A DNA stretch of 63,801 nucleotides, counting the filler, from Octopus bimaculoides (taxonomy: Eukaryota): NCBI RefSeq assembly GCF_001194135.2. It is 9 parts of 8 records of this genome, joined end to end, with 100 filler letters (N's around TTAATTAATTAA, not from the genome) between each part and the next. Parts side by side here need not be neighbours in the genome. Positions count along the whole stretch, not along the records: positions 1 to 17,621 come from NC_068995.1; 8 more parts are not named here. One strand, 5' to 3'. Shown here one piece after another: positions 1 to 15,204 of the stretch. Position numbers and translations under genes: made by a program. The stretch's first letter is position 1. Each line of letters opens with the position of its first letter. The notes beneath the pieces are model-generated. The model was not told the origin of the DNA, did not search any database, and saw nothing but the letters and a program-made list of their open reading frames with translations.

Positions 1-1
1 A

Positions 2-32
<31 letters not shown>

Positions 33-34
<2 letters not shown>

Positions 35-234
35 CCATTCTACTATAGGTACAAGGCCTGAAATTTGGTGAGAAGGGACTAGTCGATTACATCGACCCCC
101 AGTGTTTCACTGGTATTTAATTTAACGACCCAGGAAGGATGAAAGGCAAAGTCGACCACGCCGGAATTTGAACACAGAACATAGCGAAATACCGTTAAGC
201 ATTTCGTCCTGCGTGCTAACGATTCTGCTAGCTG
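33..234 (-). mobile_element. tRNA-derived SINE, family A (octopus-type), with (ATT)n tail at 1-32
   Basis: The reverse complement contains an A-box-like CAGAATCGTTAG, a B-box-like GTTCAAATTCC and the body GTCGACTTTGCCTTTCATCC...GGGGTCGATGTAATCGAC shared with at least 7 other copies in the window. Confidence 0.85.
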
Positions 235-267
235 ATAACTGTATACTGAAAAAAAGAAAGCAGATAG

Positions 268-1170
268 ATGACTAATAAGTTGTGAAAATTGTGTCAAAAG
301 TGAAGAAAGCCACAAAGCTTCGTACCTTAAAAATGAGTAACATCATGTCAAAAGTAAAAGACCTCAACACTGAAATCTGCTGATGCAGCAACACCGAATG
401 AATGCAAGAAGAGAGTGAAAAAAGAACTTGAAAAGGAATGGAACATATACACAGACAGTACATTAGAGATAAAGAAGGCATTGATTGGGATAAGAGTTGA
501 TCGTGGCCTAGAAATGACGACTTGAAAAGATGTACTGAAGCTCTGCTGTGCAGCGCCCGTACATTAAATATCAGGTTGACAAAACGAAAAAATCACCATT
601 ATACAGAATGTGTAGAAGACGAGGAGAAATGGTCAACAATCATGCAAGCGAATGTGCTAAGTTGGCACAAGCGAGAGTACAAAAGACGACATGATAATGT
701 TGCCCGATATATCTACTGGAGGATATCTGAGAAATGTGGGTTTGCCAAAGCATTTAAATGATATGAGCAGAAACCAGAAGGGGTGTTAGAGAATGACAAG
801 TTTAAGCTTTTGTGAGACTTCACCATTCAATGTGATAAAATGATTGATGCAGGAATGCTAGACATTGAAGTTGTCAGCAAAAAAGGGAAGGAGATCCCAA
901 TTAATTGATATCTCTATCTCAGGAGATTGTAGAGTGAAAGATAAAGAGCATGAAAAGATGGAAAAGTATGAGTCACTGAAGGAGGAGGTTGGAAAGCTGT
1001 GGGGGATTAAAACGGTTTTTAGTGATTCCAATGGTGATCGGAGTACTGGGAGGCATATCGACCGGTTGGAGAACTGTAAATAAAATCAGAATTGATGCAA
1101 GGCTACAAGTCATGCAGAAGACAATGCAGAAGACAACACAAGGATTTTAAGGGAAGTCTTGTCTATGTAA
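268..1170 (+). mobile_element. Non-LTR retrotransposon, R4/Dong-like (RLE clade), C-terminal relic
   Basis: Translation across stops and frameshifts gives LISCENCVKSEE, RQYIRDKEGIDWDKS, DLKRCTEALLCSA, YKRRHDNVARYIYWRISEKCG and DISISGDCRVKDKEHEKMEKYESLKEEVGKLW. These match the post-RT, zinc-knuckle and restriction-like endonuclease region of R4/Dong elements. Confidence 0.85.
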
Positions 1171-1254
1171 GGCACAGAAAAGGAAGCAGTAAGGGACCTT
1201 TATCAACTTCGATCACCTTCACTTATTAAGACAAGTGCCCTCTGCAAGCTGTTT

Positions 1255-1570
1255 TTTCCCAGTATACTGGCTCATGCTCAGAGCTGGCCAATTCACTCGG
1301 CCATGCTCACTACTCTCATCCATCTTTCAACAAATTTGCTGAGAGGAAGCACTTCACACATTACTTTGTGTGCCTTTTCAATTGAAACTTGTAAAAAATT
1401 ATGAGGGCTTGGCCACAGAGGAATGTGTTTACCTCCAGCCCTTTCAATCCCTTACACTACACAATTTCTTTCGCCAAAGCCACTAGACAGATAATGATTG
1501 GGCGCACTTCCTGGCCAAAGGAAGGCAGCGATCTTCAGTGGGCCCCGATAGCGGATTCCCCCCTGCATGT
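1255..1570 (-). mobile_element. LINE 3' coding relic, L1/Tx1-like; same family as 17310-17600
   Basis: The minus strand reads ...GLKGLEVNTFLCGQALIIFYKFQLKR...KFVERWMRV. It aligns by eye with 17310-17600 (ctttcaacaaatttgct, ttttcaa[t/g]tgaaacttg, ttatgagg). The clade is assigned from recall. Confidence 0.5.
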
Positions 1571-1668
1571 GATAGAAACTGTTCAATATTAACTCCACGT
1601 GTCAGCAGTATTCGGGCACTGAGCGAGTGCATGTATAACGGTTTCGTTGTCCTACTAGCTAGCTATAC

Positions 1669-1872
1669 AGCGGCGAGCTGGTAGAGTCGTTAGCAAACTT
1701 GGCATTTCGTCTGTCGAGTTCTAAGTTAAATTCTACTAAGGTGGACTTTGCCTTTCATATTTTCGGGGTCGAAAAAATAAGTACCATTTGAGCATTGGGG
1801 GTTGAGGTAATCAACTTGACCCCTCCCCCGAAATTGATGCCCTTATGCCAGATTTTGAAACCAATATTATTA
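1669..1872 (+). mobile_element. SINE family A
   Basis: Head GCGGCGAGCTGGTAGAGTCGTTAGC, body GACTTTGCCTTTCAT...GGGGTCGA, tail ATATTATT. Confidence 0.85.
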
Positions 1873-2253
1873 CTAACTATTTATTTGCTTATTAAATGCA
1901 ACTTCTTTATGTTGATATAATGATTTCTGGTTTCTTGAAATTTCTAAATAGCAGCCTGTATATAGTGATGTATCACAGCAATCCTTTAAAAGAGGTCATT
2001 TAATAATTTTCTTGAAAATACATCTTATATAAAAGACCAACCACATATGTGAGCGCGAAATGCAAATACTTTACGTAGGCTAAATACCTTACCTAACGAC
2101 ATACAACCCAATATTCATTCGGATTGAACAGGTTTTTCTCGTTTAGTTGTATCAAATATTTCATTTACGTCTTGTGCCAAAATAAATATTTGTACACAAA
2201 CCAGTCCATTAGCAGCAGCAGTGTGTATGTATATGCATGTATCTGTGTGTATG

Positions 2254-2329
<76 letters not shown>

Positions 2330-3235
2330 ACATATATCGATAACGCGCGCGCACACACAGAGTTTCTGCAATGCGCAACAAATCTCACAACCTTTAATCC
2401 TTACAAATATTTCCCTCATTTGTCGTCAGTGAACTTATTAAGTGCCAGGGCTACAGTACAGATAAATTAATAATAAAACTTTAGACTAGGTGATAGACTT
2501 AAACCGTTGTTCAGTTTATCAGTGGATGTGGTCCTTTAGGTGCTTTTAGCCGTATCAGCTCTACTGTAAGCATTCAAGCAATACCGCTCACCTGAAAATA
2601 ACTTCCTTCCTTTTTTCCCACTAGTTACGGGGTCGCTAAAAAGGGATAAGGGTTATGTACGTTGTTCTTTTTTGTCTGACTAAGCAATTAAATATTTTCA
2701 AAATGAATCCCAGCATGTCGAGCTTCTATTCATGGTTGAGCTATTTCATTTGGCTAACCTGTCTGGCATGACATTTCAGCAATATTCAGCTGTATATACT
2801 GAGGCGTGCTTCTTGCCAGACTAATTAGAGACGATGGGCGTGTTAGTCCTGCGTTTTATTAGCTTTATGCTATTTCTATAGTAAATAATACATTTGATTC
2901 TTGTCGCCGCAATCCACATCTTTATAAAGTGAAACTATACACAACTTTGTGACTTGTAGTCACTGTATTATGTAACTTGCCAATTTTTCCTTCAAAGGGT
3001 ATATAGGAAATTATCGAGGGCTGAAAGGTAATGTAGAAATAAATAGAATTTAAGGTCAGAATGTAAAATGACGAAACTAAATGCTGTATTCTCTCAACAA
3101 CCCTAACCCTCATAAGACAACTAAAATCAATACCGTTCTGAATCGCTTACTGATAGTCACTATATCATCTCCTGTGTTGTTTGACCCGAATCTTAGTTCA
3201 TACGTAAGAAGTTAGAATTCTATTTAAACTACCTT

Positions 3236-3372
3236 AACGTTCTGTGTTCAAATTCCACCGAGGTCGACTTTCCCTTTCATCTTTCCGGGGTCGATAAATT
3301 AAGTGTCGATCTAATCGACTGCCCCCCTCTCCAAAAATGTCAGGCCTTGTGCCTAGAGTAGAAAAGAATATA
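3236..3372 (+). mobile_element. SINE family A, 5'-truncated
   Basis: GTTCAAATTCCACCGAGGTCGACTTT...GGGGTCGATAAATTAAG...GGCCTTGTGCCTAGAGTAGAAAAG. Confidence 0.8.
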
Positions 3373-5038
3373 ATTTTAGTTGAACATATGCACAGACGCA
3401 AGTGCACATGGAGACAGTATGGGTGGAGAAACGAGGTAAACGGTATATGAGTGTGTGTGGGTATAAACAAATGATTTCACTTTACCAAGTATTCATTAAA
3501 ATTTAGAACACTGTAAGATACTTTGTTAATATCCATTAAATTGCAAAATATATATTTACATTTGTAAGTATCCAATTATTTATGAATATTAAATTCCAAA
3601 ATATATAGAATTACATCTCAAGATTTATCAAATTAAACTTGCAGACCTTTGTGAAAATGATTAATTAGGCTGTTATGCATTATATTTCGCTGAGGGGTTG
3701 GCAGAAAACTCCACTTTATGAGTTCAAATCCTATTATAGTCGAAAAAAGTATTACTAATATTCTACTATCAATTCAATCAACTTCATTCTTTCTATAGTA
3801 TTGATTAATTTTTTAAAATGTATTTTTTAATTTACATTGATTCGAAGTTGAAATTCCTCTAAGATTGGTTTTGCTTTCAATTAGGCACCTTTAACTCCTG
3901 TATCGTTTAATATCTGCAGGTGTGTTGTTCCACAGGTCAGTCAGAAAATACCAGAAAATACCAGGATATTTAGAAAACTTGATTGTTTTTAATGTAGCAT
4001 ACTGACGCATATATATTCCTTTACATCAATATGTAAAATGTACATCCATTTATGTTTTAAAACAATTAAATTTTTTATGTCTAAGCTTTTTAAATGTTGA
4101 TAGTGATAGTGTGTTGTAGCACTTTTACCACCTTATCCTATGTGGGTCGCAAGTGGTTGAAAATCATTGCTGAAGATCAATCCCAGATTCATAATATTTG
4201 TAGTGGTCATATAAACGTCGTATTTACACACGTATAATGCAAAAGAATTTAATACAAAATAGCAGGGTCAAAATTAGAGCGTAGTAATATACTCGAATGT
4301 AAAAAAGAAATAAGATCATAAAATATATTATTGATTTTCAAATACAAACATCTAGGGTAGAGCTTTTTTATGTATATTAACGATCATATTGTAAGGCGCC
4401 TATAGCCCTACCTTGAAATATATAATTTAGAGTTACGTGCTGAATCAGCAAGTCACACAGAACTAATCTAAAACAAAGGACAGAGCCGAGGCCACTAGGC
4501 GATTTAGGCTCCCAGTTGAAAACCACTACTACAACACCGGGAAATTTTTCAGTACAGGGGCAAATTATAAGTGCATGTGAGACTATGTCAGTTAGTCTAT
4601 GTTTAGAAAAATAACCTTTAATCTCACTAATTTATAGATATGTAACTTTATTTTAAAGTATGAGATTAAAAAATTTTTTTTTTCTTCAAATAGGTTATTC
4701 GACCTTTCAGGACATTCAGATTTGAATGTGAAGTGAATTTTGTCCGAGAGCGACGGTTTTCTCACTCCCAGCCACTTTCAGTGTTCAACTTGCTAGAAAG
4801 AGTAGCCAAATTTCCATCGTCTCACACAATACCGTGTAAATGCACAACGATATAATGGATAATGTAGTCCATTAAACACATGAATAAGTCTTTCATCGTA
4901 AGTTTTCTTGCTCAGAGATAACTTTGTTCTGAATAACAAGGGGTTTCTGCATGCGTTTATAAAGTACTGGAGTCAGCTCAATTAAGTCCTTCAAGGCGGT
5001 GCCCCAGTATGGTCGCAGTCCAATGGCTGAAGCAAGAT

Positions 5039-5084
<46 letters not shown>

Positions 5085-5095
5085 ATGTATGTATA

Positions 5096-6314
5096 CACAG
5101 ACATGACAGAAGTGAATAGACACCCCATAAAACATCCTTTTATTCTTTTATTCTTTTATATGTTTCAGCCAGAACAAGTTGATGTCAGTCCCAGACCAGC
5201 TATCAGGTATCTTCACAAACTTGGTTACTATGGCAGAGAAGCAAGAAGGAAGCCACTACTTCGACCAGCCAGTATCAAGCGGATAAAAGATTGGACCAGT
5301 GAGATAGTAGAGAGGCCATTAGCATTTCGGGACACTGTCATATTTTCCGATGAGTCCCGGATTTGCTGTATTTCCTGACAGTGGTCGAGTGTGGGTCTGT
5401 GATCAAGAATTTATGTTTATTCTAACTTATGAAGGTTTATATTATTTTTATTAATTGACATTTTTATGTTTCAGGTTCTATATATGACTGGTTAATCATG
5501 CCATGTACAAAAGAAACCTTGGAATTGTCTGAATTTCAAAGAGGCCGTATTGAGGGTCATTTTGAAGGCGGACATAGCGTAAAATCGCAGAAAACCTTGG
5601 AATCCCGCTTTCTACAGTTAATAGAGTGATTGTGCAATTCATTAGAGAGGGGGAGGAGTCCCCATCGTCTCGTCCAGATCAACCAGAGAAGTGTGGAGGA
5701 TAATCCTCGTTGCAAAGCCTCTGACATAGCAGAACAAGTTGATGTCAGTCCCAGAACAGCTGTCAGGTATCTCATGGTTACCTGTAACTTGGTTACAATG
5801 GCAGAATAGCAAGATGGAAGCCACTTCTTCGACCAGCCAACATCAAGTGGAGAAAAGATTGGGCCACTAGCATTTTGGGACACTGTCATATTCTCTGATG
5901 AGTATTTCCTGACAGTGTTCGAGTGTGGGTCTGGAGACTCTGTGATCAAGAAATTAATATGAAAAGATTGCAGCTAACAATGAAACACGGCAGCTATTAT
6001 GTGATGATCTGGGGAGCAATTTGGAGCAATGGTTGATCAGAGCTGGTGGAGTGCATAGGATACTTTATAAAAAGAACGAGAAAGCATCTTCAAAGCCAGG
6101 TCTTTTGAGATTACTGCATGAAACTTAGCAAGAAATTCCGCAAGAGAATATTCGTCATCAGATCAGTAACATGTCTAATAGGGTCCTGGCATTCAAAAAT
6201 GCATGTCTACTGAATATTAGATATTCACATTATAACAATAAATAAATAATTTGAATGCATAATTTCAGATTTAAAGAAATTTTAATGATTATAAGGGTGT
6301 CTATTTACTTCTGT

Positions 6315-6324
<10 letters not shown>
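5096..6324 (+). mobile_element. Tc1-like DNA transposon, defective and rearranged, with TIRs
   Basis: The left end CACAGACATGACAGAAGTGAATAGACACCC follows a TA and is the near reverse complement of GGGTGTCTATTTACTTCTGTCATGTGTGTG at the right end. Transposase relics: MPCTKETLELSEFQRGRI (about 5498), YYGREARRKPLL...VIFSDES, VMIWGAIWSNG, QEIPQENIRHQISNMSNRV. Confidence 0.9.
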
Positions 6325-6364
<40 letters not shown>

Positions 6365-6464
6365 GCTAATTTAGTGAACATGAAACACAGTAAACTTGTT
6401 TTTGTGTATATGTTTATGTGACATATATACACATATACATTCACTCATTTAATAATAATAGTAA

Positions 6465-7110
<646 letters not shown>

Positions 7111-7129
7111 TCATGTACATTCTTTTGAT

Positions 7130-7530
7130 ACAAAAAGATGGGCTACAGCAAATATTCTGCTCAATACCACAGATGTGCTTGTCAGTTGCTTGACCTTAAC
7201 CAGTTGAGAATGTTCCTTGGTGGCTGATGATATGTGCATCTCTGATCACGAGCAGAAGTAGTGGGAGAGCATCATAGCCATGTATTAAGAGGAATTCTTT
7301 GGGGTTTAAATAATTCATGGGTATTTCGTTATATAAAGCATGGGTATTTCGTTCAACATCCTCAAACAACTCTTATTCGGGGATATTTTGAGCGGGATCG
7401 GCTACTCGACCTGAAGAAAATTCTAACTGGGCTCACCTGCAAGGTCATGCGCTGTTTATTTTGATATGAGATCACTGTTTCGCGCGCATATTGTTGTAAT
7501 GCATGTTCCTGGTGTACCTTATCAAAATAA
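7130..7530 (+). mobile_element. Unclassified interspersed repeat (probable retroposon); second copy at 49445-49830
   Basis: Shares GAAGAAAATTCTAACTGGG...CCTGC...GGTCATGC...TGATATGAGATCAC...GATGCATGT with the reverse complement of 49445-49830. Confidence 0.75.
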
Positions 7531-7755
7531 TACGTTTGGGTGGTTACATAAGTTTCCCGCCCATGACCATCGACCTAAAAAATATCGTAAACAGCACTTT
7601 AAAATATAATATATTAAACGATAGGTATGACTGTGTTCATGAGAGCGTTATATGTTCTGCATATGGACAAAGAATTTTGTGTAATGTATAAACGTGTTAT
7701 GTAATGATTTAAAACACACGCATATACAAGCACAAAGTATAAATATGTGTGTGCA

Positions 7756-7796
<41 letters not shown>

Positions 7797-9603
7797 GTGT
7801 GTGTGCATGCACACATACATTCATACATGGCACGTTTATTGAATGCAACATTAGTGTCAAATCAGCTGAACTCATGGCATGTATTGTATGTGACTGTGTT
7901 TTCAGTTTCTGTCCGTAGTTATTTCATTTTACTTACAATTATCAATTAATGTAAGTGTCTTGCGCGCGCGCGCGCGCATGCATGAATATGTACACGCGCA
8001 CGTATGTGTGTACGTGTATGTGCGCGTATGTGTATGTAACCATCAGTGTATCATACTTAATTTATATACAATGTTGATTAGCCAATTACTGCGATATTCG
8101 TCCAAAGATAGCATTTCTTATGGAGATGTATATATATATACAACTCCATATAAATATAGATATACATTCAAACATATATACACGTGTGTGTGTGTGTGTG
8201 TGTGCGTATGTGAATGTGTGTGGGTCTACACACGAGAAACTCAGAGAATCGGCAATTGGTGGGTGTCTCAGCATGAATTAAATATGCATACACACACTCA
8301 CACATAAATATACATACAGACGTGTGTGTGCGTGTGTGCGTGCGCGCGCGTGTGTTTGTGTGTGTATGCTTGTGAGTATACTTTTGTGAGTTGTGTTACT
8401 AATTGGAATATTTACTTCTCTTGAAACACGTGATTAGTATTTGAAATTAAATGTATCACGTTTCGGCGAGAGATTCAGAATAATTTCAGAAAGTGCTAAT
8501 ATTTTGTTTCATTGTGGAACGTGAAGGAGTGAAGGTAATCTCAAGTCACCAAACCAGTTTTTCTTTTTCGTATTTCTTTCTTCTGTTTTATTTTTATTTT
8601 TTGAGAATTTACCTTCCTTTGAATATTTGCTCTAAATGTCTTAAGTTCTACTGAAGCAGGTTAAACTAGATTTTCTTATCACGTTGGTTAAAGCATTACA
8701 CTACCGGTGAGCATCTGAAATTAACACAGAATTTAAGGCAAATAAATAAATGATAGTTGCAAGGCATTGACTGTAGTATTATATAATACATAATGATAAA
8801 TAGCTAAGTGTTATATAAGATAATGTAAAGCGCTAAAAATAATTTTTAGCTTATTGAAATATTAAGTAACGAAGAAAATTATTAGCCTTAATGACAATTC
8901 TTTTGAAAACAGCACGAAAATAACTATAAATTTAAAACAGATTAAAAGTTAAACGGAAATTTACGGGAGGGACTATCTACGGAGATAACTATACCAGACT
9001 ATACAATGACTTTATACGAAGTAAGTTTGGGTGTGAAAATAAGACTATTTAAAATAATAGCATTGAAAATTTCCACCAGTGACTCCTGCGTGGAAAACGA
9101 AAATGAAATCTCTCAGACATGCAGTGACCAACAACAGAATGTTATAGTCGAGTCTACCGTGTGCCTGCGAATGAAAGTGTAAGGAGGCCGTTGCCGTTTG
9201 CGTAGTGATCGCATTTTACTGGTTAATTTTCAATTCAATCAATAAATAAGCGATAGTTTGGCATGCAGCTGTCTTCGAGAATTTTGTCTTACTCATTTTC
9301 GCCTTCTCTTCGTTGCATGGTGTGTCGCTTTAGATTTTGCAAATGATTTTCTAAAAATTAATACCATTAATATTTTTTACAATATAATTCTTTGTAGTAT
9401 AGCTTATAATATACTAACTGTTGTTCAGTATCTCTCTGTATGACAATAAACAAGTACGACAATTATTATCGATTTTACCGTACAATTTTCAACATTGTGT
9501 CAGTCACACTATTTCAATTGGTTGGCGTTTCGGTGTCAGTTTATTAGAGGTTGCCATACCATTAGGAGAAATACGGTACATAAATAAAATATTACAAGCA
9601 TTG

Positions 9604-10396
9604 CCTTAAAAAGTACGAAACTAGAATCGAAAAATACGCATGCTCAAAAGGGTTATAGAATGTCATAATTAACCTTAAAAGTATGGGACTAGCTTTGTTG
9701 CTCAAGAATATTGAAATCACTATATGTTGTACATTCTGTGGCATCCTTTAATCACAAGAATTTGTTTAGTTCATCGAAATTAAGTTATATTAAAAATTAA
9801 TTTAAGTTAAATTATCGTATACTCAATTTTAGCAAAACAATTGTGTACAAATACTGACGTCATCTTTACACAATAATTCAATCTATGAATGATCATTTCT
9901 ATAAATTTACAAGTAATCGATCAAAAACAATTCAGTAATAATTTGTTTAATTCGCATAACTATTCCATTAATATGAGTATCATAATGCGAATTATCTCTG
10001 CTTATAATTATTTCGGTTTCGTACTTTCGCTGTTATGTAGATTCGACTTCATCATAAATCCGGTTTTTTTTTTATTATCATGGTAGTTTGCATGCAGTCT
10101 GAAATGTGTTTTTTATATACTTTGGTATGAAGAGTATTATAATGAATTTACTTATACGAAGTTAAAAATATTTTGTAAATTTTCAAATCTTTATATAAAG
10201 AACTCGGTTCAATAATTATCGTGACATCGTAATTCACACGTGAGTCTCTTTTCGTTTTAAGATGCCACAATGTACAACTTATAGTGATTCCAATATCTTT
10301 GAGCAACACTGCTAGTCCCATACTTTTTGAGGCTTGTAACCATTCTGTAACCATTTTGAACGTGCGCATTTTTCAATTCTAGCGTAGCTATAAGGG
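9604..10396. mobile_element. MITE-like element with imperfect terminal inverted repeats of about 140 bp
   Basis: 9604-9745 aligns with the reverse complement of 10261-10396 (CTAGAAT[C/T]GAAAAAT, AAAAGTATGGGACTAGC, TGTTGCTCAA, AATCACTATA, GTTGTACATT, GTGGCATC). No ORF lies inside and no clear TSD is visible. Confidence 0.7.
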
Positions 10397-11176
10397 AAGG
10401 GAAGTAAGTTTGTTCTTTGGGAGCTTTGGTAAATATCTTTGGGTGACCCAAATCCTCATGAAAAAGGGAGATTTTAGTTATGAATTCAGAAATGGCTCTT
10501 GTCTTGGTTAGGAAGCCAGGAATTTCTGGTAATTTTCTGGGGGAATCGACTCAATAGTTTACTTGTATTGAGACAAATATATAAAATATCTGGCTCAGGA
10601 GTTCAACGGGATATGAACTCACTCCCCAAGAACTGATAGTTGTCTTTGAAAGCATATTGAGGATTATTCTCTAGTTTGAAACCAGTTTGTGGAATCAGTA
10701 TTCCGAAGAACCTCTTGCCACAAGTTAGCTTCTGCATGAAAGAAGAAATAAATAAATGAAATAAATATGTATGCCGTTATTGTTTCGTTGTTAACATGTT
10801 TATAGTATCAATGATGGACGGTGAGCGGAAGAAGTGTATCGAATGAAATGTCTTACAGTATTTAGTTACATCTCTACAGGAAATCAACTTTGTCTTTCAT
10901 TATTCTGGTTATCGATGAAATTAGTAGAAATTAAGGTCTAATAATGTTTAATTAAACATTCTCATGTCTTTATCAATCATTAATATGATTCCCTTTGCTG
11001 TGATGAGCATACAAACGCCGAAATATTTTAATAAGGTTAAACTGGGTACAATGAAGGTTATTGACGCAACTGTTGGTCTCAAGGATCGGTTCGAAATATG
11101 TTTCAGCCTAATTTCAGCAGAATCTTGAACTCACATTCTTAGGAATGTTGGACGTTTCTGAAAGACATTAGAATTG

Positions 11177-11192
<16 letters not shown>

Positions 11193-11265
<73 letters not shown>
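11193..11265. repeat. (GA)n microsatellite
   Basis: Directly visible. Confidence 0.95.
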
Positions 11266-11267
<2 letters not shown>

Positions 11268-11439
11268 TGAACTGGAGCTCTTTCACTGGAAGAATTTTGG
11301 CTTAAGAAATTTGGGTGGTTGAAAATCTAATTTGTTGAGATGAGCAGAAATCATGCTGTAATTTTACTGAATAAAGAGAAAGGTTTTCTGCTAATATAAA
11401 CCTTAAAAGAATGTTGTTATTTACTGACATATTAAATCT

Positions 11440-12620
<1,181 letters not shown>

Positions 12621-14264
12621 GACTACTACATAAGATATAATATACACATTTCTGACGGTGAGGAGGTTTATTATTATTTCTTTTTTCGGAGATATCTCCC
12701 CAAAGTGTAGACCTGTCTTTGAATCCTTTCTTGATGGGCCGAATACAGCTGTATAGTAATTATTCCTCGTCTCGGGAATTCTGATAAAAAAAACTATGGG
12801 ATTGTCATATAATATTCCTGTGCTATTTTGCTATACTATGACGATCTTAAAATCATATATTACAAAACAAGACTTTGAAAATAAACGGAAAATGACAAAT
12901 GAGAGTAGATGATATTCATGACTTTCCGTAGCAGAAATTAAATAGTTACAACTGAAATGTGAAGCCAAATAGAGGATTCAACTTACCTTTCATTACTGAA
13001 CACCTTAGTGTTACTTAATAATTCTTAATACGCTTAAGTTTTTAGGCGTATAAGAAAAGTAAAAAATTGTATTGTTTAACGGTCATACGATTATGATGGC
13101 CATAACTGACGTTGGTAATTTAGAATAAATACTTTTGAGAAAGAAAAATGAGTTGCAAGATCCGTACGCCAGACAATTACCATTCTTCTGTTCTCTTGTC
13201 AATAACTGTAATGACTTTGTAAAACAATTTCTACTGTATGTGAATAAAACAAATTGATAAGCTAAACTTCAACAACTATTATTTCTATGAGATTCTGGTA
13301 ATAGCCTGATGTTACAGTCAATAGCTTACAGTCTGCATCTATGTTATTAAAATCAATATTATATGGAGGTCAAAATAAACGTATTGCTATCAATAATATT
13401 TCATTTCCTGGGAATTTCAGTGTGATTAGAGCTGTAGAATACGAGCGAGTCATATGATTCTATTTGCATCGGTAACACCTTTTGCAGAAACATCAACGTT
13501 ACAAAAACTAATTTCTTTTACGTTGACACAGATGGTATTGTAGGAAAAAAAGAGAAACCTTTTAAGGAGTCATTGTTGATAGAAATGCCACTGTTGAACG
13601 AGTGTTAACTTTCTGAAAAGCTGAGTTTGCAAAACTATTTAAATCCTTGTTTGACGCCATTTCTCTACTTTTAGCTACTAATTCTCATAGGAAAGGCATA
13701 AAGATCATGTTTTCTAATTTCACCCACATTAAAGTAAGGAATCTTTACTGCTTTTGGTTAATAGAAAAGCTATTAAAGTTATTGGTGTCACTGATAATGA
13801 AATTACTAATATTACAGTCGTTGTTATTGTACAACTTCATCTTTCCAGAATATCATGGATTATTTGTGCTTAACCCTGCAAGCTGATGGATCACCAGTCA
13901 GCGATACAGTAGACTCTCCATATAATCTATTTACAACAACTGAGAATCCCTACGTACATTATAAGACATTGTAAATCTTCATAAAACAAAAATGCATGAT
14001 TGAGAAATTTTTTGATTTCTCACATAATTAAAACTGTGAATTTAATATTTGACGAAGAATCTTCATGTATTTGCTTTGTTAATTGTCGCTTAAACTGTTT
14101 ACTTACTTCGTAATTCCAGGCACGTCTCGTTTACTATTTTAATTTCGTGTCCAAGAAAATGGGTTCTTTCTTAAGAGATAAATAATTGAGACTCCAGGCA
14201 GTTTCAGTTTTTTTTATTTATTCTCAGCATGATTCTTCTTAAAATGACGGTACACTGAGTATTT

Positions 14265-14350
14265 TACTCTTTTACGCTTTTCATGGTTTCAGTCAGTGAA
14301 CTGCAACCATGCTGGAGCACCACCTTCAAGGGCTTATCAATCGTATCGAC
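14265..14350 (-). mobile_element. SINE family B 3' fragment
   Basis: TTTCAGTCAGTGAACTGCAACCATGCTGGAGCACCACCTT matches the family B tail. Confidence 0.7.
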
Positions 14351-14879
14351 TTCACTGCGTAGAGGATTTATCTATCTTTATTAATCAAAACGCTAAATAA
14401 CGAATATAAAGAAACACAACACAAACAATTTCAGACATAAACACAAACACAAAGGCATGTAGAAGTCGAATCTTTAGAGTGTCAGACAAAATATTTTGCT
14501 GTATTTCTTCTGGCAGAAATCAACTTAACCTTTTATCTTTTCGAGGTCGATAAAATAATGTACAGGCGGATTAAGGAGTTTAGTTTAATCATCTGCCGAT
14601 CTCTGATAATGCAATGGGTTAGCAAGGTACAATAAAGCCTAAAACGGCACCCAACAATGAATCTTCGACATAAGAGGAGCGATACATTGCTTGGAATATA
14701 CTGTTTTCACACAAATATTATCGAACTCATACACTAGCTACACATGCATATACATATATTTACATACATATTAACATGCATACATTCTCTCACGAAAATT
14801 GAATCCCATTTAAAAAAGGCGATATCTCAGTGCAAAAAAGAATAAATATTAACGCTCCGCAAGTCCTCTTTGAAGATTC

Positions 14880-15180
14880 TATTTCTTATATTGGTTGGTC
14901 TCGATGTTAGTAACCTACATGCATAGTAGAAGTCCAGGTGATTTCATGTTCTCCGTGATAAATTTCATAATTGCTGGGTATATACCATAATTTTTGAGAC
15001 TCTTCTCTACCAAAGAGTGGGTTTCGCTATTAAATTCCTTCCTGTAGTCAATCCATGCAGATGACATGCTCTTTTTCTTTGATTTGATCTCTTGCAGTGT
15101 AGCTTTATTGACAAATAGCTGGTTTTTATATCTGTATTTTTCTTTCATCCCTTCTGTTCTTCAGGTCACAAGTTATTATT
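14880..15180 (-). mobile_element. R4/Dong-like RT fragment
   Basis: PEEQKG, YKNQLFVNKATLQE, SAWIDYRKEFNSETHS...LKNYGI match the RT motifs EQKGC..GCKDQLLINKA and WIDYKKAFDSVPH. Confidence 0.85.
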
Positions 15181-15204
15181 TTTTTTACTAGACATCGTGT
15201 TTAA

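Noticed and set aside
7961-7977. (GC)n run with Z-DNA potential
   Set aside because: It is a short run within a general CA/TG microsatellite cluster, with nothing suggesting function.
13849-13975. Plus-strand open stretch NIMDYLCLTLQADGSPVSDTVDSPYNLF… after a CTTTCCAG acceptor
   Set aside because: It is only about 40 codons, with no recognisable homology and no convincing donor; this is within chance expectation for the window size.
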